Of a stretch of 43,862 nucleotides of DNA, positions 27,855 through 36,676 are shown in pieces. Position 1 is the first letter of the stretch; each line of letters starts with the position of its first letter. Position numbers and translations under genes: made by a program. This DNA is from Alphaproteobacteria bacterium (GTDB taxonomy: Bacteria; Pseudomonadota; Alphaproteobacteria; CAAHEQ01; UBA3637), in contig JBGUXS010000010.1 of NCBI GenBank assembly GCA_045118155.1, forward strand, positions 1 to 43,862. Reading direction: 5' to 3'. The notes beneath the pieces are model-generated. The model searched no databases and had not been told where the DNA came from. It saw only the letters and a list, made by a program, of their open reading frames with translations.

Positions 27855-30056
27855 TTAATCCTCCGTTATTTCTTCTAAGAAGCGAGCCATGACTTTTTTT
27901 ACCCCAAAATTATCAAAATGGACTTCTAATCGGCCATGATCATCCCGTAAAATTGTGCCTTGACCAAACGTTTCATGAAAAACCCGACGCCCTAAACGGC
28001 TTGATTTTTTAGGGTAAGAAAAAACTTTTGTCGGGGGCGCCACAGCCAACGGCCCATCCCCCCATTCAAACGCATGCATTTTTGAAGGAGTAAACACATT
28101 AACGGCCTCTAGATGTTCTTTTGGTAATTCCTCTAAAAAACGGCTGGGCAGGGGATGTTGCCATGATCCATAAACTCGGCGACTACTCGCACACGAAATA
28201 AACGCTTTAAACCTAGCCCGTGTCAACCCGACATACGCCAATCGCCGTTCTTCCTCTAGCGCCATTTCCCCGCCTTCATCTAAGGCTTTTTGATGCGGGA
28301 ACAAACCTTCTTCCCACCCTGGTAAAAAGACGGTTGAAAATTCCAAGCCCTTAGACGCATGTAAGGTCATCATTTGAACTTTATCTGCTTCTTCTTCCTC
28401 ATCCTCATCCGTCAATAAGGCAATGTGATCCAAGAATTCTTGCAGAGTTTTAAAGTCAGCAAGAACATTAAATAATTCATTTAGGTTTTCTATTTTACCT
28501 TCTGATTCTAAAGTTTTTTCTTGTTGCCACATAGCTATATACCCACTTTGGGTTAATAAGGTTTTTGTGAGGGGTTGAAGCGGGGTAATTTCCAATTCTT
28601 TTCGGGCGTTTAAAATGGTTTCTTGAAAGGTATCTAAGGCTTTTTGGGCACTAGGTCTTAATTGGGTTTCTTGGATTGCATCAAACAAGCTAATGTGTTT
28701 GTGCATAGCCGTTTCTTGTAACGCTTCTATCACGGCGGGTCCAATCCCTCGGCGAGGTTTGTTCACAATTCGGCCAAAAGCTAAATCATCGCCGGAATTT
28801 AAGACCAAACGTAAATACGCCACGGCATCTTTAATTTCTTCCCGTTCATAGAACTTAAAGCCCCCAATGATTTTGTATGCCAATCCCATACGCATAAAAA
28901 CGTCTTCAAATTCACGTGTTTGAAAGGAAGCCCGTACGAGAATGGCAATGGCATTTAAGGGAATCCCTTTTTGGTGTTCCTGGACAATAAGCTCGGCAAT
29001 TTTTTCGGCTTCTTCCAAGCCATTCCAATACCCCGTTAATCCAACTTTTTCCCCAATAACGGCCCGTCCATCTGCCACATATAGGTTTTTCCCTAATCGC
29101 CCATTATTATGTGAAATAAGCGCCGATGCACACGCCAAAATCTGTGGAGTAGAGCGGTAATTTTGTTCCAAACGGATAATTTTAGCTTCTGGAAAAATCT
29201 TAGAAAATTGTAAAATATTTTCAACTTCGGCCCCACGCCAAGAATAAATAGATTGGTCATCATCCCCCACACAACAGATGTTTTTGCGTTGTCCCGCCAA
29301 CAGACGTAAGAGCAAATACTGAACCGTATTAGTATCTTGATATTCATCTACCAGAATATATTTAAATTGTTTTTGATAGGATGCTAAAATATCTGGATGT
29401 TGTTGAAACAGGATTAAAGGTAATAACAACAAATCCCCAAAATCAACCGCATTCATATCTTTTAATTTTGATTGGTAAATTTTATAGATATCATCCATTT
29501 TATTCATAGCAAATGTGCTTTTTAAAGTCGCTGGCACCGTATTGGGGGTATAACCTTTGTCTTTCCAAGATGCAATAATTTCTTGAGCAATGGCGGGCTT
29601 GTGCTTTTTTACATCTATTCCTAAATCCGTCATAATATTTTTTAACAGGCGTTCTGCATCATCTGTGGAAATAATGATGAAATTTGGATTTAAACCAGCT
29701 TCTAAAGTATGTCTACTTAAAATTTTTACCCCAATTCTGTGGAAAGTTCCAAGCCATACAGAGCCCGCTTCCCCCCCAATCATTGCCCCAAGACGTTCTT
29801 GCATTTCACGTGCTGCTTTATTGGTAAAAGTAACCGCTAGAATTTCCCAAGGGAAGGCTAAATTTTTTGCAATAATATAAGCAATCCTCGTCGTTAAAAC
29901 CCGCGTTTTGCCCGTACCGGCCCCAGATAAGACCAACAGAGGCCCTTGAGTCGTTTTAACAGCTTCTTTTTGCTGAGGATTGAGCTCGGTCAAAAAAGGA
30001 AACTCCTCCTGTAAAGGGGGGAGATCATCATCAGTCAAATCAAATATACCATTCAT
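27855..30056 (-). CDS. uvrD: ATP-dependent DNA helicase UvrD/PcrA family
   Basis: LNPQQKEAV..GPLLVLSGAGTGKT, ILVDEYQDTN, FTNKAAREM and TLHASKGLEF motifs, 733 aa. Confidence 0.9.
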   Translation of the reverse strand: MNGIFDLTDDDLPPLQEEFPFLTELNPQQKEAVKTTQGPLLVLSGAGTGKTRVLTTRIAYIIAKNLAFPWEILAVTFTNKAAREMQERLGAMIGGEAGSVWLGTFHRIGVKILSRHTLEAGLNPNFIIISTDDAERLLKNIMTDLGIDVKKHKPAIAQEIIASWKDKGYTPNTVPATLKSTFAMNKMDDIYKIYQSKLKDMNAVDFGDLLLLPLILFQQHPDILASYQKQFKYILVDEYQDTNTVQYLLLRLLAGQRKNICCVGDDDQSIYSWRGAEVENILQFSKIFPEAKIIRLEQNYRSTPQILACASALISHNNGRLGKNLYVADGRAVIGEKVGLTGYWNGLEEAEKIAELIVQEHQKGIPLNAIAILVRASFQTREFEDVFMRMGLAYKIIGGFKFYEREEIKDAVAYLRLVLNSGDDLAFGRIVNKPRRGIGPAVIEALQETAMHKHISLFDAIQETQLRPSAQKALDTFQETILNARKELEITPLQPLTKTLLTQSGYIAMWQQEKTLESEGKIENLNELFNVLADFKTLQEFLDHIALLTDEDEEEEADKVQMMTLHASKGLEFSTVFLPGWEEGLFPHQKALDEGGEMALEEERRLAYVGLTRARFKAFISCASSRRVYGSWQHPLPSRFLEELPKEHLEAVNVFTPSKMHAFEWGDGPLAVAPPTKVFSYPKKSSRLGRRVFHETFGQGTILRDDHGRLEVHFDNFGVKKVMARFLEEITED

Positions 30057-30105
30057 GGTTCTACGCTAAATCTCTTTTAAAAAAAAGTCAATGTGATTTT
30101 TGCTG

Positions 30106-30134
30106 TTGACAAGGGAAAAAATACACGTTATGGT
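30106..30134 (+). promoter_or_regulatory. Candidate promoter of the 30188 ankyrin gene
   Basis: TTGACA-17 nt-TATGGT. Confidence 0.4.
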
Positions 30135-30187
30135 AAAGAGGTTTCCAACGAAAATATGAAACCAGACGTTATTTAAAGGAGAAGAAT

Positions 30188-30817
30188 ATGTCTGAGTCTA
30201 CTGTGATGTCCCAAAAAGAATTTGGGGACATGTTGTTGTTCCGTCCAGGAATAAAAAAGATGAAAGAAGCTATCCTAAAAGGATTTGACCTTCATCAATT
30301 TGAAAAAGACCAAAAAATTTCAGTTATTGCCCAATTGATGTTAAGAAATCCCGAAAGGGATTTTTTTTATAGGGAAATTCCTTTTTTTGCAGAACATGGG
30401 GCATCCTTGGGGGGACTGCCAGACACTATTGGTGAAAACCCTATGAGTGTGGCAGTTAGCTTAGGAAATCAAGAATATGTGGAGTTCTTTTTAGAAAATG
30501 GTACAAATATCAATAGACAACGTCCTTATTGGGGGGGATATCTAAACGATGCCGTGCGTTATGGTCATCCAGAACTTGTTCCGTTTTTACTAACACTAGG
30601 GGCGGATCCCACGCTTGCCCCTAGTGATGGGAAAAGTTTTTTTGAGTATCTTAAAACACTCATAAAAAAAGCTGCCAAAAAGGACAAGTCTAGTGAAGAA
30701 AAGCTATACTTTCAGTTATATAGAAAAACACAAAACTTTGTTCGGAAAAAGAAGAGTAAAAGAACTAAGGGGTACCGGGATTTAAACAAATTGCTTTATG
30801 TAGGAAGAAACCGGTAG
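30188..30817 (+). CDS. Ankyrin-repeat protein with a basic C-terminal tail (no signal peptide)
   Basis: ANK-like units are visible: NPMSVAVSLGNQEYVEFFLENGTNIN and LNDAVRYGHPELVPFLLTLGADP. The C-terminal tail is lysine/arginine-rich. Confidence 0.7.
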   Translation: MSESTVMSQKEFGDMLLFRPGIKKMKEAILKGFDLHQFEKDQKISVIAQLMLRNPERDFFYREIPFFAEHGASLGGLPDTIGENPMSVAVSLGNQEYVEFFLENGTNINRQRPYWGGYLNDAVRYGHPELVPFLLTLGADPTLAPSDGKSFFEYLKTLIKKAAKKDKSSEEKLYFQLYRKTQNFVRKKKSKRTKGYRDLNKLLYVGRNR

Positions 30818-30824
30818 TAAAATT

Positions 30825-31697
30825 TTATTCTCCTTTTAAGGCTTTTTTTAATTCAGGGGATAAGTCTGTACGCTTTTTAGCGTAATCGGCCGCCGTTTTT
30901 TCATTATTATCCCTAATATCCGTAAAGGCCCCGCGTTGTAACAGGACTTTGATAATTTCTGGGTTTTTGTTTTGTTTCACTGCGTAAAAAAGGGCAGTTT
31001 GCCCCATAGGATCTTGCTGATTAATCAAGGCCCCAGAACCTAACAACAAATCAATCACCAATGTATTTGGATTTTTGGCAGCGGCCATCATCAAGGGGGT
31101 AACTCCTAACATACCCGAATCATCTGCTTTAGCCCCAAAATGCAAAGCTTGACTAATTTGTTCTGGGGTAGCCTGTTCAATCATTGTTAAAAAGTTCACT
31201 TTGGGTTGAATTTTGATCAAACGCAAAGAAGCCGCTGGCATGGTTGGATTTGAAACGGCATAATCTAAAGCGTTTTTATTATCTATATCCAAAGCAAACA
31301 AATCAGCCCCTGCATCCAATAAAGTCGCAATGATATCAGAATTTGGGTTTTCAGAAGAAACCGCAATCAAAATAGGGGAGTTTTTATAAACATCTTGAGC
31401 ATTCACATTCGCCCCTTTTTCAATCAGCAAATTAACCAACTCTGTTTTTTTTAAAGCCACCGCCATCATTAGGGGAGTTCGGCCAAAAGAATCTGTTTTA
31501 TCTATGCTTGAAGAATTTTTAATAATATCTTGAATTTCATCAATATTTTTATTTTCTTTCATAGCAGCCAAAATATCTATTTCCGGACGTTTTGGGGCTG
31601 GCATTGGGATATCAGCCCCCGTTATCAAGGATTTAGGTTCCCCCCCAAAAACGCAAAAACTAACCCCGAATATTAACAGGAAGATTTTCTTCATCAC
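30825..31697 (-). CDS. Secreted ankyrin-repeat protein (about 6 repeats)
   Basis: Signal peptide MMKKIFLLIFGVSFCVFG. Repeated G.TPLM.A...(N)..(V/I)..LL..GA..N motifs follow. Confidence 0.85.
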   Translation of the reverse strand: MMKKIFLLIFGVSFCVFGGEPKSLITGADIPMPAPKRPEIDILAAMKENKNIDEIQDIIKNSSSIDKTDSFGRTPLMMAVALKKTELVNLLIEKGANVNAQDVYKNSPILIAVSSENPNSDIIATLLDAGADLFALDIDNKNALDYAVSNPTMPAASLRLIKIQPKVNFLTMIEQATPEQISQALHFGAKADDSGMLGVTPLMMAAAKNPNTLVIDLLLGSGALINQQDPMGQTALFYAVKQNKNPEIIKVLLQRGAFTDIRDNNEKTAADYAKKRTDLSPELKKALKGE

Positions 31698-31703
31698 GCC
31701 CCC

Positions 31704-32471
31704 TTAACGTGTTTTATAAATTTCCTGGCAAGCCGCTTTATATCCACTATTATGTGTGGCCTTGGGCACGACAGTAACCCGTTCTGGATCCTGCACAAAA
31801 TCCTCAATCAATTTCGGGGGAACAACATTATCCTTTCCCCCTGCAAAATGATGCTGAGGAATCATTTTAAAAACAGAACGATAAGCCAAAAGGTTATCTG
31901 AATCCGTTAAAGGCTTGTCCTTATGATAAGATGTCCAAGCTGCATGATCCAAAACCCCTGCAATAGTAATAATACCTTTGATATCTGACGGATTTTTAAC
32001 GGCGACCAAGCCAGCCAACTGTGCCCCCCCGGAATACCCAATCAAAATAACATCTGGGGCCTTAGCTTTCTTTTTTAAAGATTTGACAACTTGATAAGTG
32101 CTATTTACAACCTCTTTTGAAAAACGCCCCGTTGTCCAATCTTTTTGGGTGCATTGTCCTGCTTGTACATATTGACAAGGCCGGGCCAAATAAACCACAT
32201 TAGGGGCGGGGTCATTTGCCGCAATTTCTCGCAAAAAAGTACTTTGTGGGGTAGGGTTATCTGTTGGGTTCCCGCTAGCATCAAAGGCATGTCCATCCCC
32301 TTCAATATAAATCTTTAACGTTTCACCAGGTGCCGTGATTTTATGCCAGCTTGCAATCAAATAGGGTGGGGCAGGGTTCGTCTGAAAACGCATATCAGAA
32401 AGAACATTCGGTGTTTGACACCCCACCAAAAATAATAACAATCCAAGTGTAAAAATATGTTTTCTTTTCAT
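31704..32471 (-). CDS. Alpha/beta-hydrolase lipoprotein (GxSxG serine hydrolase)
   Basis: I prefer the start at MKRKHIFTLGLLLFLVGC (lipobox LVGC). The nucleophile elbow is GYSGGA. The longer track ORF (to 32564) adds a non-signal-like extension. Confidence 0.65.
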   Translation of the reverse strand: MKRKHIFTLGLLLFLVGCQTPNVLSDMRFQTNPAPPYLIASWHKITAPGETLKIYIEGDGHAFDASGNPTDNPTPQSTFLREIAANDPAPNVVYLARPCQYVQAGQCTQKDWTTGRFSKEVVNSTYQVVKSLKKKAKAPDVILIGYSGGAQLAGLVAVKNPSDIKGIITIAGVLDHAAWTSYHKDKPLTDSDNLLAYRSVFKMIPQHHFAGGKDNVVPPKLIEDFVQDPERVTVVPKATHNSGYKAACQEIYKTR

Positions 32472-32562
32472 AGCGTCCTTTATACCAGCTTTTGACCACG
32501 TTGACAAGAAAAAAATGCTTCTTAAATTAAAAATGTGTTTCATTTTTTCAAAGGAGGATACC

Positions 32563-32598
32563 ATGGGATGTGGTTGTGGTGATAAGAAAAAGAAATAA
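32563..32598 (+). CDS. Micro-ORF encoding MGCGCGDKKKK (11 aa)
   Basis: ATG preceded by AAAGGAGG at 5-nt spacing. A TTGACA-16 nt-TAAATT candidate promoter lies at 32501-32528. The TAA stop is followed by the strong bidirectional terminator at 32613-32647. Coding status is unproven. Confidence 0.25.
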   Translation: MGCGCGDKKKK

Positions 32599-32612
32599 AG
32601 GCCTTTTCTTAC

Positions 32613-32647
32613 AAAAAAAACCTTTCCGAAATGGAAAGGTTTTTTTG
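32613..32647. terminator. Bidirectional rho-independent terminator (rpsD on the minus strand, micro-ORF on the plus strand)
   Basis: a8-cctttcc-gaaat-ggaaagg-t7. Confidence 0.7.
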
Positions 32648-32660
32648 TAAATCATAAGGA

Positions 32661-33275
32661 TTACCGAGAATAATATTCGATAACCAAATTTGGTTCAATT
32701 TGCGTAGCATAAGGTACTTCCGCAAGTTGTGGAATTCGCAAGAATGTCCCTGTGTAATTTTTAGCATCCATTTCAATGTATTCTGGAACTTCCCGATCTG
32801 TTTGAGCCATGGCTTCAATCACAAAAGCCATATCACGGGCTTTATTCCGAACAGAAATCACATCCCCGGGCCGAACCAAATAAGACGGAATATTTACCTT
32901 TTTCCCATTAACCGTCACATGGCCGTGATTCACAAATTGACGTGCGGCAAAAACAGAAGGCACAAATTTCATCCGATAGACCAAAGAATCCAACCGGCAT
33001 TCCAAAATACCGATTAAGTTTTCTGAAGAGTCACCTTTCCGACGCACGGCTTCGGCATAATACTTGCGAAGTTGTTTTTCGGAAACATTCCCATAAATAC
33101 CTTTTAATTTTTGCTTAGCGTGTAACTGGACCCCATAGTCCGTCAATTTTTTACGTTCTTGACCGTGTTGCCCTGGGCCATAGTTTCTTTTATTAAAGGG
33201 GCTTTTAGCCTTTCCCCACATATTAACGCCCAAACGGCGATCAATTTTAAATTTAGAACTTAATCTTTTAGACAT
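32661..33275 (-). CDS. rpsD: 30S ribosomal protein S4
   Basis: [22 protein letters not shown]...GPGQHGQ... plus an S4 RNA-binding domain, 204 aa. The track ORF extends upstream from a non-ATG start. Confidence 0.95.
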   Translation of the reverse strand: MSKRLSSKFKIDRRLGVNMWGKAKSPFNKRNYGPGQHGQERKKLTDYGVQLHAKQKLKGIYGNVSEKQLRKYYAEAVRRKGDSSENLIGILECRLDSLVYRMKFVPSVFAARQFVNHGHVTVNGKKVNIPSYLVRPGDVISVRNKARDMAFVIEAMAQTDREVPEYIEMDAKNYTGTFLRIPQLAEVPYATQIEPNLVIEYYSR

Positions 33276-33429
33276 TGTCTTCCTTTTGTTAAAGTTGTCC
33301 CCGATAGTCTTTATCCATACAACAAAGCGGGATATGATAGCCGTACCCACATTCTCAGGGAATAGGAGTAATTATACAGATAAAAAATCCCCATGTCAAG
33401 CAAAAAAACACTAAAAGATACAAAAAGGA

Positions 33430-33458
33430 TTGACAAAATGTCAAAAATATGCTATGAT
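33430..33458 (+). promoter_or_regulatory. Near-consensus sigma70 promoter with an overlapping palindrome
   Basis: TTGACA-17 nt-TATGAT, 32 nt upstream of the ATG at 33491. The -35 element is part of the inverted repeat TTGACAaaaTGTCAA (33430-33444). Confidence 0.5.
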
Positions 33459-33490
33459 ATTAGTATCTTCAATTCAGAAAGGAAAATAAA

Positions 33491-33895
33491 ATGAATAAAG
33501 AAAAATTAGTTATTCTCTTTGGTGGGAAAAATCATGTGGCCATGTACGAAAATGGTGCATTGGAATTATTTTTTACTCCCCAAGGGTCAAAGACTGAATT
33601 ATTTTATGAAACGACATATAGCAATGATGATATAAAGTATTTGGGAATAGAAGGCCATGCTAGATTTCATTTATCCCCTAACAAACACATTCTTGAAATT
33701 CGGCGTGATGATACAGGTAATTGGCAATTCCAATTTTTACAAAGGGTACCTTCTTCTTGTGCTGCTGGTGAAACCGATATCCTTATAGGGGAAACTAGAA
33801 CAATCCCACATGATGCATTACCTAATTGGTTTATAAAAAAATTAAATCAACCTATCGCATTGCAAGGGATTCTTGCTAACAGCAGAAGTAAGTAA
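33491..33895 (+). CDS. Hypothetical protein (134 aa)
   Basis: Clean ORF with an RBS (AAAGGAAA) and its own promoter and terminator. I recognise no family. Confidence 0.5.
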   Translation: MNKEKLVILFGGKNHVAMYENGALELFFTPQGSKTELFYETTYSNDDIKYLGIEGHARFHLSPNKHILEIRRDDTGNWQFQFLQRVPSSCAAGETDILIGETRTIPHDALPNWFIKKLNQPIALQGILANSRSK

Positions 33896-33902
33896 GAAAA
33901 AT

Positions 33903-33936
33903 AAAAACACCGGCTTTTTTTTAAACCGGTGTTTTT
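33903..33936. terminator. Bidirectional terminator between convergent genes
   Basis: aaaaacaccgg...ccggtgttttt inverted repeat. Confidence 0.65.
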
Positions 33937-33947
33937 CTTTTACCCCT

Positions 33948-35429
33948 TTATACTTTTAATAAGCCATGACTAAACGCATATAAGGCATAGATAGCTATAA
34001 TTAGCAAGCCATACGCCAAAATAGCTTCCCGATAAGTAAAAAACGGTTGAGATCTATCTTGCTGATATTTAGCCACCATATAAACCGGCAATCCCGCTGC
34101 GATAAAGACAATTGCCATCAATAAATAGCTTAATCCAGCCGCATAAATAAGCCACAAAGCATAAATACTTCCCAATACCGCTGTCAATAACGCTTCGGAA
34201 CGTCCAGGTAATTGAGGCACATTTTGATATTCGTGGTCAGTACAAAGTTTCCAAAGATAGGCGCAACTTGTAAAATACGCCGGCAATACCATAACCCCAG
34301 TGATGGAAAGCATTGTATTCCAAGCATTATTTGAAAAATACACCAGTATCATGGCCAGTTGCATCATCCCACTGGTAATCCACAAAGACGTGCAGGGGGC
34401 TTTGTGGGCATTTTCCCGCCCAAACATTTTGGGGAAAGTGCCATTTTGGGCCATTTGATAGGGCATTTCGGCAACAATCATGGTCCAAGCTAACCAAGAA
34501 GCCAAAACCGCTACAATCAGTCCAAAATTCATCAACCAAGCACCCCAATGTCCAACTGCGGCTTCTAAAACACCAGCGGTGGAAGGATTAGCAATGGTAG
34601 CCAATTTTTGTTGCGACATAAAGCCGTAAGGTAAAACCGATAGTAAGACATAAATCCCCAAGCACCCTAAAAAGCCAATGAATGTGGCGCGTCCCACGGA
34701 TTCTTGTGATTTGGCGCGGCCTGATAACACAACGGCCCCTTCAATCCCAATAAAAGCCCATAATGTGACCAGCATTGTGCTTTTAATTTGTTCTGGGATA
34801 GATCCTAATCCTTTAAACCCTTTAAGACGTTCCCCCCAGAAATCAAAATCAAACCGATCGGCTTTAAAAAGGACGGCCATAATGATAATAAATAGAATTA
34901 AAGGTACAATTTTAACAACTGTTGCAACTAGGTTGATAAAACTTGCTTGTTGAATGCCGCGCAGGACCAAACAATTAAAGAACCAAATCAGGATAGAACC
35001 ACCAATAATAGAATTCAGGTTATTTCCCCCCGTAAAGACACCAGGAAAGAAATAATCTAAAGCATCCATAGTAATAACGGCGTACCCGACATTTCCACAA
35101 ATCTGACAGAGCCAATAGCTCCACCCAATATTGAACCCCATGTAGGATCCAAAGCCGGATCTAGCATACATATAGATACCGGCGGTTAAATCCGGTTTGG
35201 CCACAGATAAAATTCGGAATGTATTTGCAATAAAGTAAATACCAATACCCGTAATCAACCAAGCCACTAAAACGGCCCCAACTGAAGCCGCCTGAGCCAT
35301 ATTTTGGGGCAGGGAGTAAATACCCCCGCCAATCATGGAACTAATGACAATAGCCGCCAATCCCATAACCCCCAACCCAGTTCCGCTAGACGGGTTTTTA
35401 GGGGATAAGTTTTGTTTTTGTTTCACCAT
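33948..35429 (-). CDS. aaxC: Basic amino acid/polyamine antiporter (ArcD/AaxC-type; likely arginine/agmatine exchanger)
   Basis: 493-aa, ~12-13 TM APC-superfamily permease. The motif GGGIYSLPQNMAQ is typical of the ArcD/APA family. It lies directly downstream of the pyruvoyl arginine decarboxylase. Confidence 0.75.
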   Translation of the reverse strand: MVKQKQNLSPKNPSSGTGLGVMGLAAIVISSMIGGGIYSLPQNMAQAASVGAVLVAWLITGIGIYFIANTFRILSVAKPDLTAGIYMYARSGFGSYMGFNIGWSYWLCQICGNVGYAVITMDALDYFFPGVFTGGNNLNSIIGGSILIWFFNCLVLRGIQQASFINLVATVVKIVPLILFIIIMAVLFKADRFDFDFWGERLKGFKGLGSIPEQIKSTMLVTLWAFIGIEGAVVLSGRAKSQESVGRATFIGFLGCLGIYVLLSVLPYGFMSQQKLATIANPSTAGVLEAAVGHWGAWLMNFGLIVAVLASWLAWTMIVAEMPYQMAQNGTFPKMFGRENAHKAPCTSLWITSGMMQLAMILVYFSNNAWNTMLSITGVMVLPAYFTSCAYLWKLCTDHEYQNVPQLPGRSEALLTAVLGSIYALWLIYAAGLSYLLMAIVFIAAGLPVYMVAKYQQDRSQPFFTYREAILAYGLLIIAIYALYAFSHGLLKV

Positions 35430-35495
35430 ATAAAGAATCCTTTCATAACAATAAAGGAAAGGAAGAAAAAATCTTCCTTTCTATTTGTAAATAAA

Positions 35496-36089
35496 CTATT
35501 TTTTACGATGTTCTGGCACTGGCGGGGCATATTCAAAATTCAAAAACCCTAAAGCCGTCAAGGAATACCCAAAAGCTTGGGTAATATTCACATAATTATG
35601 GAAAAATTGGAAATCAGAATGTTGTTGCATTCCCCGAATAGATAATTCATGGTTTAAGGATTTTGTCAGCCACATTTCGGCATGGGCTTTGACGATATCA
35701 TCATCAATAAAGGTATCAAAGAATTCCACATATTCAGCGGCCCAGCCCCCGACAAAACGTCCTTTTTTATCTTTACCCCAAACGATACCAACCCCAGTTC
35801 CAATCGCCTTATGTTCTGTGGCGGCGGCCCCATGTCCTGCCATAATCACTTCCAAAACAGCCCCGTGTTTGAAGTATTTTGTAACTGTATCCACTGGAAC
35901 GATATTATTAAGTAATTCTGGGGGTAAAACGGATGTGTAAGGGATCACATTAAAATCTTGGATTTTAGCTTGTAATAAAGCCGAATCATAGCAAAATGTT
36001 TCAAACGGTTGTGGGGGGATCCCATCATCAGACAAACCAGCGCCCCCCGTGTGAAAAGCCAGTGTTGGATATCTTGTCCCTTGTATCAT
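35496..36089 (-). CDS. aaxB: Pyruvoyl-dependent arginine decarboxylase (AaxB/PvlArgDC type)
   Basis: Start at MIQGTRYP with an AGGAGG RBS. The self-processing motif NVIPYT52-S53VLPPE (codons at 35931-35936) matches the Chlamydia AaxB Thr52/Ser53 cleavage site. Length 197 aa. Confidence 0.8.
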   Translation of the reverse strand: MIQGTRYPTLAFHTGGAGLSDDGIPPQPFETFCYDSALLQAKIQDFNVIPYTSVLPPELLNNIVPVDTVTKYFKHGAVLEVIMAGHGAAATEHKAIGTGVGIVWGKDKKGRFVGGWAAEYVEFFDTFIDDDIVKAHAEMWLTKSLNHELSIRGMQQHSDFQFFHNYVNITQAFGYSLTALGFLNFEYAPPVPEHRKK

Positions 36090-36250
36090 AATTTCCTCCT
36101 TTTTTATAAAAGACAACAAGTTGTTTCCTCTTGGGAAGGTAAGGGGGCAGGGTGGGGGGTGCAACCTGCCTTAAAGTATAGGATTGAATCTATGCAAACC
36201 CTTCGTTATATAAGGCATGTAGCTTTTTTATTTAACCAAGGAGAATTGTT

Positions 36251-36589
36251 ATGCGTAAATTTTTAATACTATCCGCCGTTTTTGCGGCTATCTGCGCCTG
36301 GGGCTTTCAAGCACAAGCGGAAACAGCTCAAGGAAAAATTAAGTCCCAAAAAGGGGATTATATTGTCATTCTTATGGATGATGGGAACGAAATGAATCTT
36401 GTTGCCACCGATAATACCACTTACCGTAAGAAAAAGATTCAGCGTTATAAAAAAGGAAAGAGTATGCGGCAAGAAAATGGCTATTTTAAACCGCTTATGG
36501 AGCAAGATGATTGGGTGGAAATTACCTATTCGCCTTCGGGAACACCGACCGAATACATCATTGAAGATGTCATTATCTATGATGATTAA
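36251..36589 (+). CDS. Small secreted hypothetical protein (112 aa)
   Basis: Signal peptide MRKFLILSAVFAAICAWGFQAQA, RBS AAGGAG, terminator downstream. Confidence 0.5.
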   Translation: MRKFLILSAVFAAICAWGFQAQAETAQGKIKSQKGDYIVILMDDGNEMNLVATDNTTYRKKKIQRYKKGKSMRQENGYFKPLMEQDDWVEITYSPSGTPTEYIIEDVIIYDD

Positions 36590-36611
36590 GCTATCATAAC
36601 CATTTTTATTC

Positions 36612-36642
36612 AAAAATCCCTGTTTTTTCAGGGATTTTTTAT
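36612..36642 (+). terminator. Rho-independent terminator
   Basis: aaatccctg-tttttt-cagggattt followed by a T-run. Confidence 0.7.
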
Positions 36643-36670
36643 TGACATTTTTATAACAATTTGCTAAAAT
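36642..36670 (+). promoter_or_regulatory. Near-consensus promoter of rnpB
   Basis: TTGACA-17 nt-TAAAAT, ending 6 nt before the predicted RNase P RNA 5' end. Confidence 0.6.
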
Positions 36671-36676
36671 CTGTCT

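Noticed and set aside
32472-32564. 5' extensions offered by the ORF track (hydrolase to 32564, TsaE to 4665, S4 to 33350, AaxB to 36164, autotransporter to 21228, CorA from 13245, AsmA-like from 9403)
   Set aside because: In each case an internal start gives a proper RBS and/or a signal peptide or lipobox, and avoids overlap with the neighbouring gene. The extensions encode non-conserved-looking sequence.
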